Positions 8,332 through 18,000 of a stretch of 64,000 nt of DNA are shown in pieces. Both the position numbers and the translations under genes were made by a program. Source of the DNA: Coriobacteriia bacterium. Lineage in GTDB: Bacteria; Actinomycetota; Coriobacteriia; WRKU01; WQUG01. The DNA lies in contig WQYT01000001.1 in assembly GCA_009781115.1 (NCBI GenBank), positions 13,413 through 77,412 on the forward strand. Reading direction: 5' to 3'. The notes beneath the pieces were generated by a model that made no database searches, was not told where the DNA came from, and was given only the letters and a program-made list of their open reading frames with translations. Position 1 is the stretch's first letter. Each line of letters begins with the position of its first letter.

Positions 8332-10325
8332 CAGGCTCCCACGGGGGCAACAGCGCCTGTTGAAGGCGGCAACGGCAGGTCCGCAATCGCATCAGCGCTG
8401 CTGGCGCTGTCCACAGACGGCGTGTCCTTTGGCTTGTTCTTATCCTGGGCGGCTTTGGCTTTGGCCTGCTCTTCTGCCAAAAACTCCTCCCAGCGGCCTT
8501 CAAAGACAGCCTTCAGGGCGTCGCCTTCGAGCGTCTCGCGCTCGATGAGCAGCTGCGCCATCAGGTCAAGCATGTCATGGTCCTTCTTCAGGATGCCCCG
8601 AGCTTTGGCAAAGCCCTCGTCGATGATACGCGCGGTCTCGGTATCAATGATCGTCGCGGTCTCATTGCTGTAGTCATTGTGCTGCGCCAGGTCGCGGCCC
8701 AAAAAGACGTCGTGGCTCTGCTCTGCAAAGGCGCGCGGCCCCAGCGCATCGCTCATGCCAAAGCGCGTCACCATGTCGCGGGCCAGTTTGCTGGCGCGCT
8801 CGATATCGTTGGAGGCGCCCGTGGTCACGTCGCCGATGGACATCTCCTCAGAGGCACGCCCGGCCAGGAGCACGGCGATGTCGTCAAGCATCTCTGCCTT
8901 TGACTGCAGGAAGCGGTCCTCCGTGGGCAGCTGCCAGGTCGAGCCCAGGCTGCCGCCGCGGGGGATGATCGTGACCTTGTGGACCGGGTCAGAGTTTGGC
9001 AGGCGATGGCCCACGATCGCATGACCCGACTCATGGTAGGCGATGGTCTTTTTCTCTGCGTCAGAGATCAGGCGGCTCTTGCGCTCCGGGCCCATCATGA
9101 CGCGGTCTGAGCCTTCCTCGATCTCTACCTGAGTGACCTTCTTCTTGCCGGCGCGCGCCGCAAGCAGCGCGGCCTCGTTAAGCAGGTTGGACAGATCTGC
9201 GCCTGTAAAGCCCGGCGTACGCCGTGCGATGACGCCCAGATCGACCTCATCGGCAAGCGGCTTATTCTTTGCGTGAATCTTCAGTATCTCCTCGCGGCCC
9301 CGCAGGTCAGGACGATCGACCACGATCTGGCGATCAAAGCGCCCCGGACGCAGCAGCGCGGGGTCAAGCACGTCGGGGCGATTGGTCGCCGCGATCATGA
9401 TGACGTTATCCTGCGGCTCGAAGCCGTCCATCTCTACCAGCAGCGCGTTTAAGGTTTGCTCGCGCTCATCATGGCCACCGCCCAGCCCGGTACCGCGCTG
9501 GCGGCCCACGGCGTCGATCTCGTCAACAAAGATGATCGAGGGGGCAGAGGCCTTGGCCTGCTCAAAGAGGTCGCGCACGCGCGAGGCGCCCACGCCCACA
9601 AACATCTCGACAAAGTCAGAACCGCTGATGCTGAAAAACGGCACGTCGGCCTCGCCCGCCACGGCGCGCGCCAGCAGGGTCTTTCCCGTGCCGGGAGGGC
9701 CCACCAGCAACACGCCCTTGGGGATCTTGGCGCCCAGGGCCTGGAAGTGCTCGGGCAAAGACAGGAAGTCCTTGATCTCGCCCAGCTCCGCAACGGCCTC
9801 CTCCTCGCCGGCCACGTCTTTGAACGTGACTTTCTGCTTCTGGGGATCGGTCATCTTGGTGCGCGCGCGCCCAAAGTTCATCATGCGCGCATTGCCGCCC
9901 TGCATCTTGAAGATGAAAAAGAGCAGCACCCCGCCAACGATCGCCAGCAAAACAATCTGCCCCAGGATGCTCCAGACTGCGTTGGTGTCCGCGTTGTTGA
10001 CCGAGAATTTGCCGCTCAGGTTATCCTGCGCAAAGGTGGTAAACGAGTCGGCGCCCGCCCAGGTTGAGGTAAATTTCTTGACGCCCTTATCTTCTTTCTG
10101 GTCCGCGGTTGTTGCCCAGTACTGGCCCGAGAGCGTGCCCGCGTTGGGCTTGTATTCAGCGCTCTTGATCCGCCCCTGCTTTGCCGCGACCATAAACGCC
10201 CCGGTCGAAAGCTTAGTGGGCTGCGTATTGGCCGAGTTCACCCGGTTGACGACAACAATCATCAAGACGAGTAACCCGACCAGATAGAGGAAGGTGATTC
10301 CGAGATTTTTTTTCTTGCTGTTCAA
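8331..10325 (-). CDS. ftsH: ATP-dependent zinc metalloprotease FtsH
   Basis: Walker A GPPGTGKT; SRH region; HEXXH (HESGHAI); two N-terminal TM helices. TTG start with AAAGGAG RBS. Confidence 0.95.
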   Translation of the reverse strand: MNSKKKNLGITFLYLVGLLVLMIVVVNRVNSANTQPTKLSTGAFMVAAKQGRIKSAEYKPNAGTLSGQYWATTADQKEDKGVKKFTSTWAGADSFTTFAQDNLSGKFSVNNADTNAVWSILGQIVLLAIVGGVLLFFIFKMQGGNARMMNFGRARTKMTDPQKQKVTFKDVAGEEEAVAELGEIKDFLSLPEHFQALGAKIPKGVLLVGPPGTGKTLLARAVAGEADVPFFSISGSDFVEMFVGVGASRVRDLFEQAKASAPSIIFVDEIDAVGRQRGTGLGGGHDEREQTLNALLVEMDGFEPQDNVIMIAATNRPDVLDPALLRPGRFDRQIVVDRPDLRGREEILKIHAKNKPLADEVDLGVIARRTPGFTGADLSNLLNEAALLAARAGKKKVTQVEIEEGSDRVMMGPERKSRLISDAEKKTIAYHESGHAIVGHRLPNSDPVHKVTIIPRGGSLGSTWQLPTEDRFLQSKAEMLDDIAVLLAGRASEEMSIGDVTTGASNDIERASKLARDMVTRFGMSDALGPRAFAEQSHDVFLGRDLAQHNDYSNETATIIDTETARIIDEGFAKARGILKKDHDMLDLMAQLLIERETLEGDALKAVFEGRWEEFLAEEQAKAKAAQDKNKPKDTPSVDSASSADAIADLPLPPSTGAVAPVGA

Positions 10326-10377
10326 CGATGTGACTCCTTTAATAGCGTCGCTGCGCCGCCCGGGTCTTGCCCCCGAT

Positions 10378-11070
10378 TTACTCGGCGTAGAGCGCTGGTT
10401 TTAATATCCCGATATAAGGTAGATTACGGTAGTGCTGCGCATAATCCAGCCCATATCCTACAACAAAAGCATCCGGAATCGTGAAACCTACATATTGCAC
10501 GTCAAGAGGGACCGCCTGCGTGCCCTCCTTAAGCAGCAGCGTTGCAATGGCAATGCTGGCCGCGCCGCGCCCGTGGAAGTTGCGCGCCAGATACTTAAGC
10601 GTCAGCCCGGTGTCGAGGATGTCTTCTAAGATGATGACATGGCGATCGGTAACCGGCTCATTGAGGTCCTTGATGATGCGCACCACGCCGGAGCTCCGGT
10701 GCGCATCCCCATAGCTGGAGACCGCCATGAAGTCCATGGTCAGCGGGCAGTCGATCCTGCGCGTCAGATCGGTCATGAAGTACACGGCGCCCTTCAGGAC
10801 ACCGATGAGCAGGGGGTTTTTGTCCGCGTAATCCTGCGTGATGTCTGCCCCCATCTGCGCGATACGACTGGCGAGCTGCTCTTTGCTGATCAGCACGCTG
10901 GTAAGATCGCCGTGCGGCGAAGGCTGCTCATCAAAAGCCGCAACCGCCGGTGTTGGATGAATGAATTCCGGAGAATCTGATGACGAGGGCTTCTTACCAA
11001 AAGCCGCAGCCGCAGATGTTGGATGAATGAATTCTGGAGATTCAGATGACACAAGTACTTCTTTCCTCAT
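10378..11070 (-). CDS. hpt: Hypoxanthine-guanine phosphoribosyltransferase with N-terminal duplicated low-complexity extension
   Basis: [23 protein letters not shown]...[15 protein letters not shown]...[14 protein letters not shown] PRTase motif. N-terminal [12 protein letters not shown] occurs twice, from a ~48-bp DNA tandem duplication. Confidence 0.8.
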   Translation of the reverse strand: MRKEVLVSSESPEFIHPTSAAAAFGKKPSSSDSPEFIHPTPAVAAFDEQPSPHGDLTSVLISKEQLASRIAQMGADITQDYADKNPLLIGVLKGAVYFMTDLTRRIDCPLTMDFMAVSSYGDAHRSSGVVRIIKDLNEPVTDRHVIILEDILDTGLTLKYLARNFHGRGAASIAIATLLLKEGTQAVPLDVQYVGFTIPDAFVVGYGLDYAQHYRNLPYIGILKPALYAE

Positions 11071-11231
11071 CGGACAGGATGCGCCCCCGGAAGCCTTACC
11101 AGAGGCGGCATGTATCTACCTTAGCACAGCAACCCCTGGCAAAAGCTACCACCGCGCTTTTGTCACCACTCTGCCGCTAGCTGGTAAACACCTTTGCTGG
11201 CGATGGTTCAGCAACCAAGCAGCCCGAACAA

Positions 11232-11392
11232 GGCGCGCCGAGTCGTCGCGCCCTACGGGGCAACTACCAGCCAAAGCCGTCACAGCTGACGCCAGCATGT
11301 GCTTTCTGACAGCGCCAGCATATGCCTTCTGGCGTTAGCTGGAAATGTTTTGGCTGGCAATCATCCGTAGGGCGCGACGACCCGGCGCGCCT
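11232..11392. repeat. MITE-like unit: two inverted REP copies (GGCGCGCCGAGTCGTCGCGCCCTAC / GTAGGGCGCGACGACCCGGCGCGCC) flanking a 111-bp core
   Basis: Copies at 11232-11256 and 11368-11392; internal direct repeats (GCTAGCTGGTAAACACCTTTGCTGGCG / GTTAGCTGGAAATGTTTTGGCTGGC); in the 498-bp hpt-tilS intergenic region. Confidence 0.6.
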
Positions 11393-11568
11393 CCGGTACT
11401 GGGCAACGAGCCCGGCCCCCATGCCTCCGGTACTTGGCACCGAGCCCCAACTCATGCGTAGCGCGCGGAGACCCGGCGCGCCACCCGTCCGGAACCGCAG
11501 GGTGCTGTAGCGTCAGCCGACACTCCCCCCGCGCCGTCCGTCCGGACCCCGTCCGCCCCCCTCACCCG

Positions 11569-12594
11569 CTACTCCCCGCGCCGCCAGATAGGGAGCTTTT
11601 CGATGATGAGCGCATGGGGGGCCCGCTTTGCCCGCAGCCCCCGGCCCAGATCGGCCTGATAGCTGGCAGCGGTCAGCGCGCCCGCCAGCTCAAGGTAGCG
11701 CGCCTGGGGCAGGCGCGAAGCCTCCGCCGGAAAGGCATCCAGCAGCGCGCGGCGCAGGACGCGGCGGATCATGACCGGGTCAAGCGTTGCCAGCATGTCA
11801 GCGTCCAGCATCAGGCGCTGGCCCTCATCCTGCTCTTGCGCATCGCAGAAGTCCCGCACAAAGCCAGCGGCCAGCTCATCAAGCAGCGCATCGTCTTCTG
11901 CCAGCAGGTCCATCGTGCGCTCAAGGTTAGCGCGAAACGCCGGGGCAAGCTCCTCTGCAGCCGGCACGATCCGCGCGCGAATAAACGCGCGGGTCCGGGT
12001 AGTATCAGTATTGGTCGCGTCCTCGCACCAGTCCTGGTCCTGTGCCTGCAGGTACGTGCGCAGCGATGTGCGGTCGCAGCGCAGCAGCGGCCGCACAATG
12101 CGCCCACGCTCAGGACGGATTGAAGCCAGCGCACCCGTCCCGGAGCCAAAAAGCGCCCGCTCAAAAAAGGTCTCAACACGATCATCAAGTGTGTGAGCGG
12201 TGGCAATGCGCCCGGCTTGCGGGTCCGCGTCCAACGCCGCGCACAGCTCATCGCAGAGCTCATCTGCCGCGGTGTAGCGCAGCTCGCGCCCCAGGTCCTC
12301 AACGTTGCGCTTCTCCTCTGCAGCCCGCGCGCCCACGTCAAGATGGCGCAGCACGCAGGCATAGCCCAGCCGGTCGCAGAGCTCAGCCACAAACGCCTCG
12401 TCCCCATCAGCCGCAGCGCCACGCAACCCGTGATTAACATGCAGCACACGAACGCGGTCCGGCGCCGGCGTCCGCCCGCCAAAAGCGCCGCCCGCCAAAA
12501 GCCGCAGCAAAGCGACCGAGTCCCCCCCGCCACTGACCATCACCACCAGCGGAGTTACAGCATCAAAAAGCTCTGTCAAAAGAGGAAATTCCAT
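11569..12594 (-). CDS. tilS: tRNA(Ile)-lysidine synthetase TilS
   Basis: PP-loop VMVSGGGDSVALL; conserved tilS-hpt-ftsH neighbourhood. Confidence 0.85.
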   Translation of the reverse strand: MEFPLLTELFDAVTPLVVMVSGGGDSVALLRLLAGGAFGGRTPAPDRVRVLHVNHGLRGAAADGDEAFVAELCDRLGYACVLRHLDVGARAAEEKRNVEDLGRELRYTAADELCDELCAALDADPQAGRIATAHTLDDRVETFFERALFGSGTGALASIRPERGRIVRPLLRCDRTSLRTYLQAQDQDWCEDATNTDTTRTRAFIRARIVPAAEELAPAFRANLERTMDLLAEDDALLDELAAGFVRDFCDAQEQDEGQRLMLDADMLATLDPVMIRRVLRRALLDAFPAEASRLPQARYLELAGALTAASYQADLGRGLRAKRAPHALIIEKLPIWRRGE

Positions 12595-12684
12595 ACTCTA
12601 GAGTATAAAGCATCCACCCCTCATCACTGCGAGCACGGTAGTTCCTGCACATTGACGCTCATCATGACCGCACAAGGAAAATAA

Positions 12685-13440
12685 CTACACTGGGATTCTT
12701 TCACGTAATACGAAATTGATAATAATGAAACTCAAAATAACAAAGATAGCCGCAGCGATTACGAGAGCATGATAGGTAGGTCGATTGAGAGATATTGGTT
12801 TTTCTCTTTTCCTGTTAAAGATAACTATGCACAACGCAAACACGCAACCAAAGAAAAGTAGATAATGGGGCCAATAGGACACAATGGCCTCCTTAATAGT
12901 AAGAATCAGGCCTGAATAATTGAGGTCTTCAACAATTATATGAAACGACCAAGCAAAACGGCAAATGAAGGCGACAATGCTGCCTACCAAACAGCTCAAA
13001 GGATACGGTTTGCAAATAATGCTTGTTCCAAAAACAAACCCAATAGTAAAAACAGCAAGACCGCCTAATACATATGCAAACGTCGGAAATACAAAAACTG
13101 AACCGGGCAGCGTGGCAACTTGAAATAGGTCGAACGCAACATGAAGAAAAATCATGCAAAGAAAGGCAGCGGTACCAAAAACAGCAGGCAAAGCAAATCT
13201 CTCAAATACAGACGAAAGCTCCTTCTGCTGAATAGTATCGCAATCACCAGCATGCTCAATACTACCTGATTTCGAACTACCTTCTCTTTTACCTAACATT
13301 GGAAACCTCTCTAAAAACATATGCAGAAGCTTATTATAACGAAACATAGGAACTGAGTAACCATAAGCAGTCGCTTTAGCGAATTTCAGGTTGCCCTGAC
13401 CGTCATAAGTAGTGATGACATCATTAAATGAGACAGGCAT
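12685..13440 (-). CDS. Hypothetical polytopic membrane protein (AT-rich island gene)
   Basis: ~5 predicted TM helices; low GC; N-terminus contains TTYDGQGNL, resembling a YD-repeat fragment. Start 7 nt after the upstream gene stop. Confidence 0.5.
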   Translation of the reverse strand: MPVSFNDVITTYDGQGNLKFAKATAYGYSVPMFRYNKLLHMFLERFPMLGKREGSSKSGSIEHAGDCDTIQQKELSSVFERFALPAVFGTAAFLCMIFLHVAFDLFQVATLPGSVFVFPTFAYVLGGLAVFTIGFVFGTSIICKPYPLSCLVGSIVAFICRFAWSFHIIVEDLNYSGLILTIKEAIVSYWPHYLLFFGCVFALCIVIFNRKREKPISLNRPTYHALVIAAAIFVILSFIIINFVLRERIPV

Positions 13441-13447
13441 ATCTAAG

Positions 13448-14116
13448 TCACTTCTTGATATTGGCGTTCTTCACAAGCTGTGCCACCAGCGCATCTATAG
13501 CCGTTGAGCGAGCATCGTTAAGGTAGTCTGCCTTGATTTCATCTTTCAGTTCTTCAAAGCTCCCGGCTCCTGCATAGCGATCCTTATGCGAGTTATAGTA
13601 GGCTTGCAGCTTTGCGTCAGAAGCTGAAGAATCAGGAACAAGGGATTTGGTAAGCGCAGCTATCGTCAGGTTATCAGCAACAGCGGTCTTGAGTTGCGCC
13701 TCTGTCATTCCTGCCTGCTTGAGTTTATCCTGCAATTGAGCGTCAGTACCATAGCTTTTAGCCAGCGAGCTATACGCTGCATCAATAACTTTGCCAGAAA
13801 TTTTAATCCCCTGCTTCTTGGCTTCCTGCAATAAAAGCTGTTGGTTGATAGCAGCATTCAGATTACGCTGATCAACATCCTGCTTACTTGCCGCTCCTCC
13901 ATTAGCATCAAAGATATCGGGAGTCTGCGAAAGTGGGAAAGCAGTCTGCTGATCAATATCTGCCTGCGTAATAGCCACCCCATTGACCTGAGCTACTGTC
14001 TTTGTATGTTGGCGCAGAAGCAGATAGGCAGTAAGAGCGCCTGCAGCAAGAACGACTATCGCTATTGCAACAACAATCCATTTATTGCGTTTGTATGATA
14101 CCCGTTTCTTTTTCAT
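13448..14116 (-). CDS. Membrane-anchored SurA_N/PrsA-like (chaperone-like) protein
   Basis: Start at MKKKR (ATG 14116) preceded by GGGAGG RBS; single N-terminal TM helix; VNGVAITQADIDQQ resembles the SurA N-domain; low GC. Confidence 0.55.
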   Translation of the reverse strand: MKKKRVSYKRNKWIVVAIAIVVLAAGALTAYLLLRQHTKTVAQVNGVAITQADIDQQTAFPLSQTPDIFDANGGAASKQDVDQRNLNAAINQQLLLQEAKKQGIKISGKVIDAAYSSLAKSYGTDAQLQDKLKQAGMTEAQLKTAVADNLTIAALTKSLVPDSSASDAKLQAYYNSHKDRYAGAGSFEELKDEIKADYLNDARSTAIDALVAQLVKNANIKK

Positions 14117-14157
14117 GTGGTTGCCTCCCAATTATTATCATGCTTAACAGGTATTGA

Positions 14158-15015
14158 TTAAGGCCAGTCTTTTGGGTTTATTGAGGCAACTCTATCATCT
14201 GGTGTTTCGTAGATATCACCTACCACAAAATTCTGTCTTTCTTTTTTATACGCGATATCTACAATGCCGTCTCTTGTCACATGTGCAGAATAGCATCGAT
14301 ATTCTGGGGAAAACACCGCTATGCTTATATTTTGAACATAGTAATTTGGCGTTGCTGCGTCACAATCAAAAAAGTTGATCTTTGTTGCGGGGTCAACCCT
14401 TTCGACATCCACGAGGGTGGAGCTTCCTTTCACAAAAGTGTCAAAATCCCGAAAACGTAGTGTCTTTCCGACAAACATACAACCAGCCGCTTGGTATTCG
14501 CCAGAGCTTGCTTGAGTGTAAAATACAAAAAGACGCCCACCAGACAAGCTATCATGCGCGCTGTAAGCCCATGAGCCACTATACGGCCCATCACTTATAC
14601 TGAAAGGTCGTAATTGAGAGACAGATACAAAACTCCGCACGTCATTGAGCGTGACTTCATGACCCGCGGAATCAAACGCACCTTCGAATGTTATCTTCCG
14701 CATAAGACCGAGTATATTTGTTTTACTCTCCCGAGAGGCCAACAATGCCCGATTAGGATCTCTCGCAACAGTTGGTGTTGACACAGTAGATTCTATAGAT
14801 TCGCTTTTCTGTTTTTCATTTGACACCTGATTCTTCTCTGCCCTGTTGTCTTTGCCCGGGCCTCCACATCCAGATGAAAGTATCATCAACAGTAAAATAA
14901 TTATGGCTCCCGTTCTTGCAATTTTCACAATCACACCGCCACGATATCTCGTCTTACGGAACAACTCTTGCTCCAGTTCGCTTCCCGCACCATCAAACAT
15001 TTCACACCATCCCAT
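14158..15015 (-). CDS. Putative lipoprotein, candidate immunity protein for the upstream RHS toxin
   Basis: Signal peptide with lipobox LSSGC; low GC; begins 63 bp downstream of the RHS stop on the same strand. Exact start codon uncertain. Confidence 0.5.
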   Translation of the reverse strand: MGWCEMFDGAGSELEQELFRKTRYRGGVIVKIARTGAIIILLLMILSSGCGGPGKDNRAEKNQVSNEKQKSESIESTVSTPTVARDPNRALLASRESKTNILGLMRKITFEGAFDSAGHEVTLNDVRSFVSVSQLRPFSISDGPYSGSWAYSAHDSLSGGRLFVFYTQASSGEYQAAGCMFVGKTLRFRDFDTFVKGSSTLVDVERVDPATKINFFDCDAATPNYYVQNISIAVFSPEYRCYSAHVTRDGIVDIAYKKERQNFVVGDIYETPDDRVASINPKDWP

Positions 15016-15078
15016 CTGTCACGTTCGGCAAAGCGTATATTAACACCAATACTCTACAGCCTTTATCGAGAAAACGCA

Positions 15079-18000
15079 CTATTGCCGCTTAAATTTTATC
15101 GCTAAATAAAGCGTCTTGCTATTGTAAATTATTCCGCCATTGTTTCCATAATTCTTACCCCATACATCGGGATTCACGCTAAAATTATGATACTGAATTT
15201 CGGATATCGGACTTGAGATATGTCCATGTTTTTCTGACCAATAGCCATAGCCATGAGTATCTTGTTTCATAAAATGAAAATCAAACGAACATACTCTTAT
15301 TGCGATTCGATATTCGTTACTATATGTTGAAGCGTTTTTGCCTGAGATTGCTCTTGCTTTGCTACTACCTACTTGTTTGATGACTGTTTTTCGAAAATTT
15401 TCCACAGTAGATAAAGAATCATTAGGATATTTACAACCTGAATGGATATTCATAGCATATGAATAGCAATTAAAATTAGCGGTAGGCTCATTAATCCATC
15501 CCCATGTTTTTGGTCCAACAATCCCATCAACAATCAACCCATTCATCGATTGGAATTTCTTTACCGCAGCTAGCGTATTTGTCCCAAAAATACCATCCTC
15601 TGCCAAAGCCTTGCCGTTTGAACCCCGTACTGTAAAGGTATTCAATCTCCTCTGAAGCTTTTTTACAGTTGCTCCTTGACTACCATATCTCACCGTGGAA
15701 TCAAGCCCGCTCGGATCCGTACCGCCCACCGGCTCTCCCGCACAATACATATACGGGCTCTTCTCGCCGTCTGCTTTGACAGGATCGCGGCTGATGAAGC
15801 TTGCGGTGGTCGGGTCATAGTAGCGTTGGCTGCAATAGTACAAGCCAGCCTCAGCATCCCAAACATAGCCCGCATAACGCAGAGGTTGTGCTGCTGATAT
15901 CTGCTGAGCCAGATCAAGGGCAATAAGCGATGTTGCAAATTCTGTGTCGGAAGTAATGTTTCCAAAAGCGTCATAGTCGTAGCGAGCAAAGGTATCCCCA
16001 TTGGTGTCTCTAAGCTCGCGTACGTCTCCTCTGGCATCACTGACAATCTCGAAGTTTACTGGAGCTGTCGTCGCAGTCGTAGTAGTGCTGTAGCAAGCCC
16101 CAACGGGTGTTGAGCCTGATCCATACAGATAGATGATGCTTTGAGTCTCTGTAGAAGATTTTGCGGCTAGCGAGACAAGCTTGGTACCGTCATAGAGGTA
16201 GTTGGTAGTATTGTTTCCTGCCGTCTTTGAAAGCCTCTGGCCTTCTGCGTCATAGGCGCAGGTGAACTTCGCAGGCCCGGTACCGCCATAATATCCTGAA
16301 ACCAGTCTCTGACCAGACCAGCCATAGGTGACCCCATGGTCATCTGATATTCTTCTGCCAAGCCCGTCATAGTTAAAAGAAAACGCTGTCGATACTATAA
16401 AGCCACCGCTACTTGAAGTACGTCCGGCAAGCCTTCCTGCCGTATCATAAGAGTAACTTGTCGCGCCTGCTTGAGTAATATCTCCGGTTGTCGCATTGTA
16501 AGCATAAGCCGTTGTAGTACCGCTCACTTTTGCCGAGGCAAGCTGGGTTCTGTCTGCCGAGTAGGTATAGCTGGCAGACTGAGCACCTAAGCGGCTATAG
16601 CTTGAAGATGTCAACTTTGAGTCATTAGCATCATAAGTATATGTTTTTTGTCCTGGTGCAGAAAGATTAGTGTCGCCTGTCAGGTTACCCTGACTGTCAT
16701 AGCTAAGCTGAGAGCTTTGGGCGCCAACGCTTCTGGCAGTCGGTCTTCCACCCTCGTCATAGCTGGTGTTTGCAGCACTTAGACTTGAACCAAACTTAGG
16801 AGTAAGCGTATCAGAAGCAAGAAGCGCTCCGTTGACAATGCTTGTCTGTGTTGTGCCGTCAGCGTAAGTCTCAGTCTTAGTCGTTACCGTCTGCGCGTTG
16901 ATTCCTGCCCCTGTGTTTTGGTAGGTAAAAGCCTGCTTGTAACCAGATACTGACTCATCGATTACGCTGGGGCGCCCTGCGCTGTCAAAGGTAGTGGCGA
17001 TATCTTTGAGCACCACTGTGTCTTTCAGTTCCTTTTGCTCAGTTATTCTTGAAAGGCCATCGTAAGTATAGTCAACCTCTGTGCCATCGGGATTGACCTG
17101 CTTGGTTACCCTTGAAGCATTATCGTAGGTCGTAGTAGTAGGATCATCGGCTCCGACTTTCTCGGTAAGCTGGTTGCCCGCCCTATCATAACTGTAAGTA
17201 GTAGTAACGCTATCAAAGTCAGTTTTTGAGAGAATATCTCCGCGTACATTGTAGATATTGGTAGTAGCCGTCTGCGTTCCCATTTTTGTGGTAAGCAAGC
17301 GACCAGCTAAGTCATAGGTAGAGACAGTCGTTATATCAGGCTTGCCAGAGGCGCTTTGCTTATCGGAGATAACGTTGCCAACCAGATCGTAGTCGCAGGT
17401 ATCAGTCACGCCACCATTTGTTTGTGTTATAGCATTACCCGAAACATCATAGGTCGTGCTCTGATCAGGTTGCCCCGTGGTTTTAGTTGAGGTAACGTTT
17501 CCGGCTGCGTTATAGGTTGTTGTAGTTGGCGCGCTATACGGGGTAGTAGTCGTGCCAAGCACATTGCTGCTTTGTATCTCTTGACCAGATGCATCATATT
17601 TGGTCGTTGTAGTCACTCCGTCAAGAGTTCCTTCGGATTTGGCTTGAATAACGTTTCCTGCCAGGTCACAGGTCGTAACACTTGCGCCTTGCTCCGAATT
17701 TGAGTCTGAAACAGCTTCTCTCCCAAGAACGTCATGAGTCATGGTCGTGATCTCAACGGCTGTTCCCGCACTATCAAGACTTGAAGCAGTAAGAGTGTTT
17801 CCTTGTGCGTCGTAGGTAGTCTTTGTCCAATTTGATTTGACAGACGAACCAGAAGGTAGCTGGTAAGTTTCGGTCACATTACCCAAGTTGTCATAAACAT
17901 TGGTAGTAACAAGCCCGGTCTTATCTGTTGAGGTAAGCAGAGAGCCTGCAACGTCATAGGTCGAGGTATCGGTGATAATCCCGCGCCCATCAGTATTTGA

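Noticed and set aside
15079-15702. PG-binding + Cys/His region as a separate phage endolysin gene
   Set aside because: It is in-frame and contiguous with the RHS core immediately after the DPSGL boundary, with no intervening stop or RBS, so it is the RHS C-terminal payload rather than an independent lysin.
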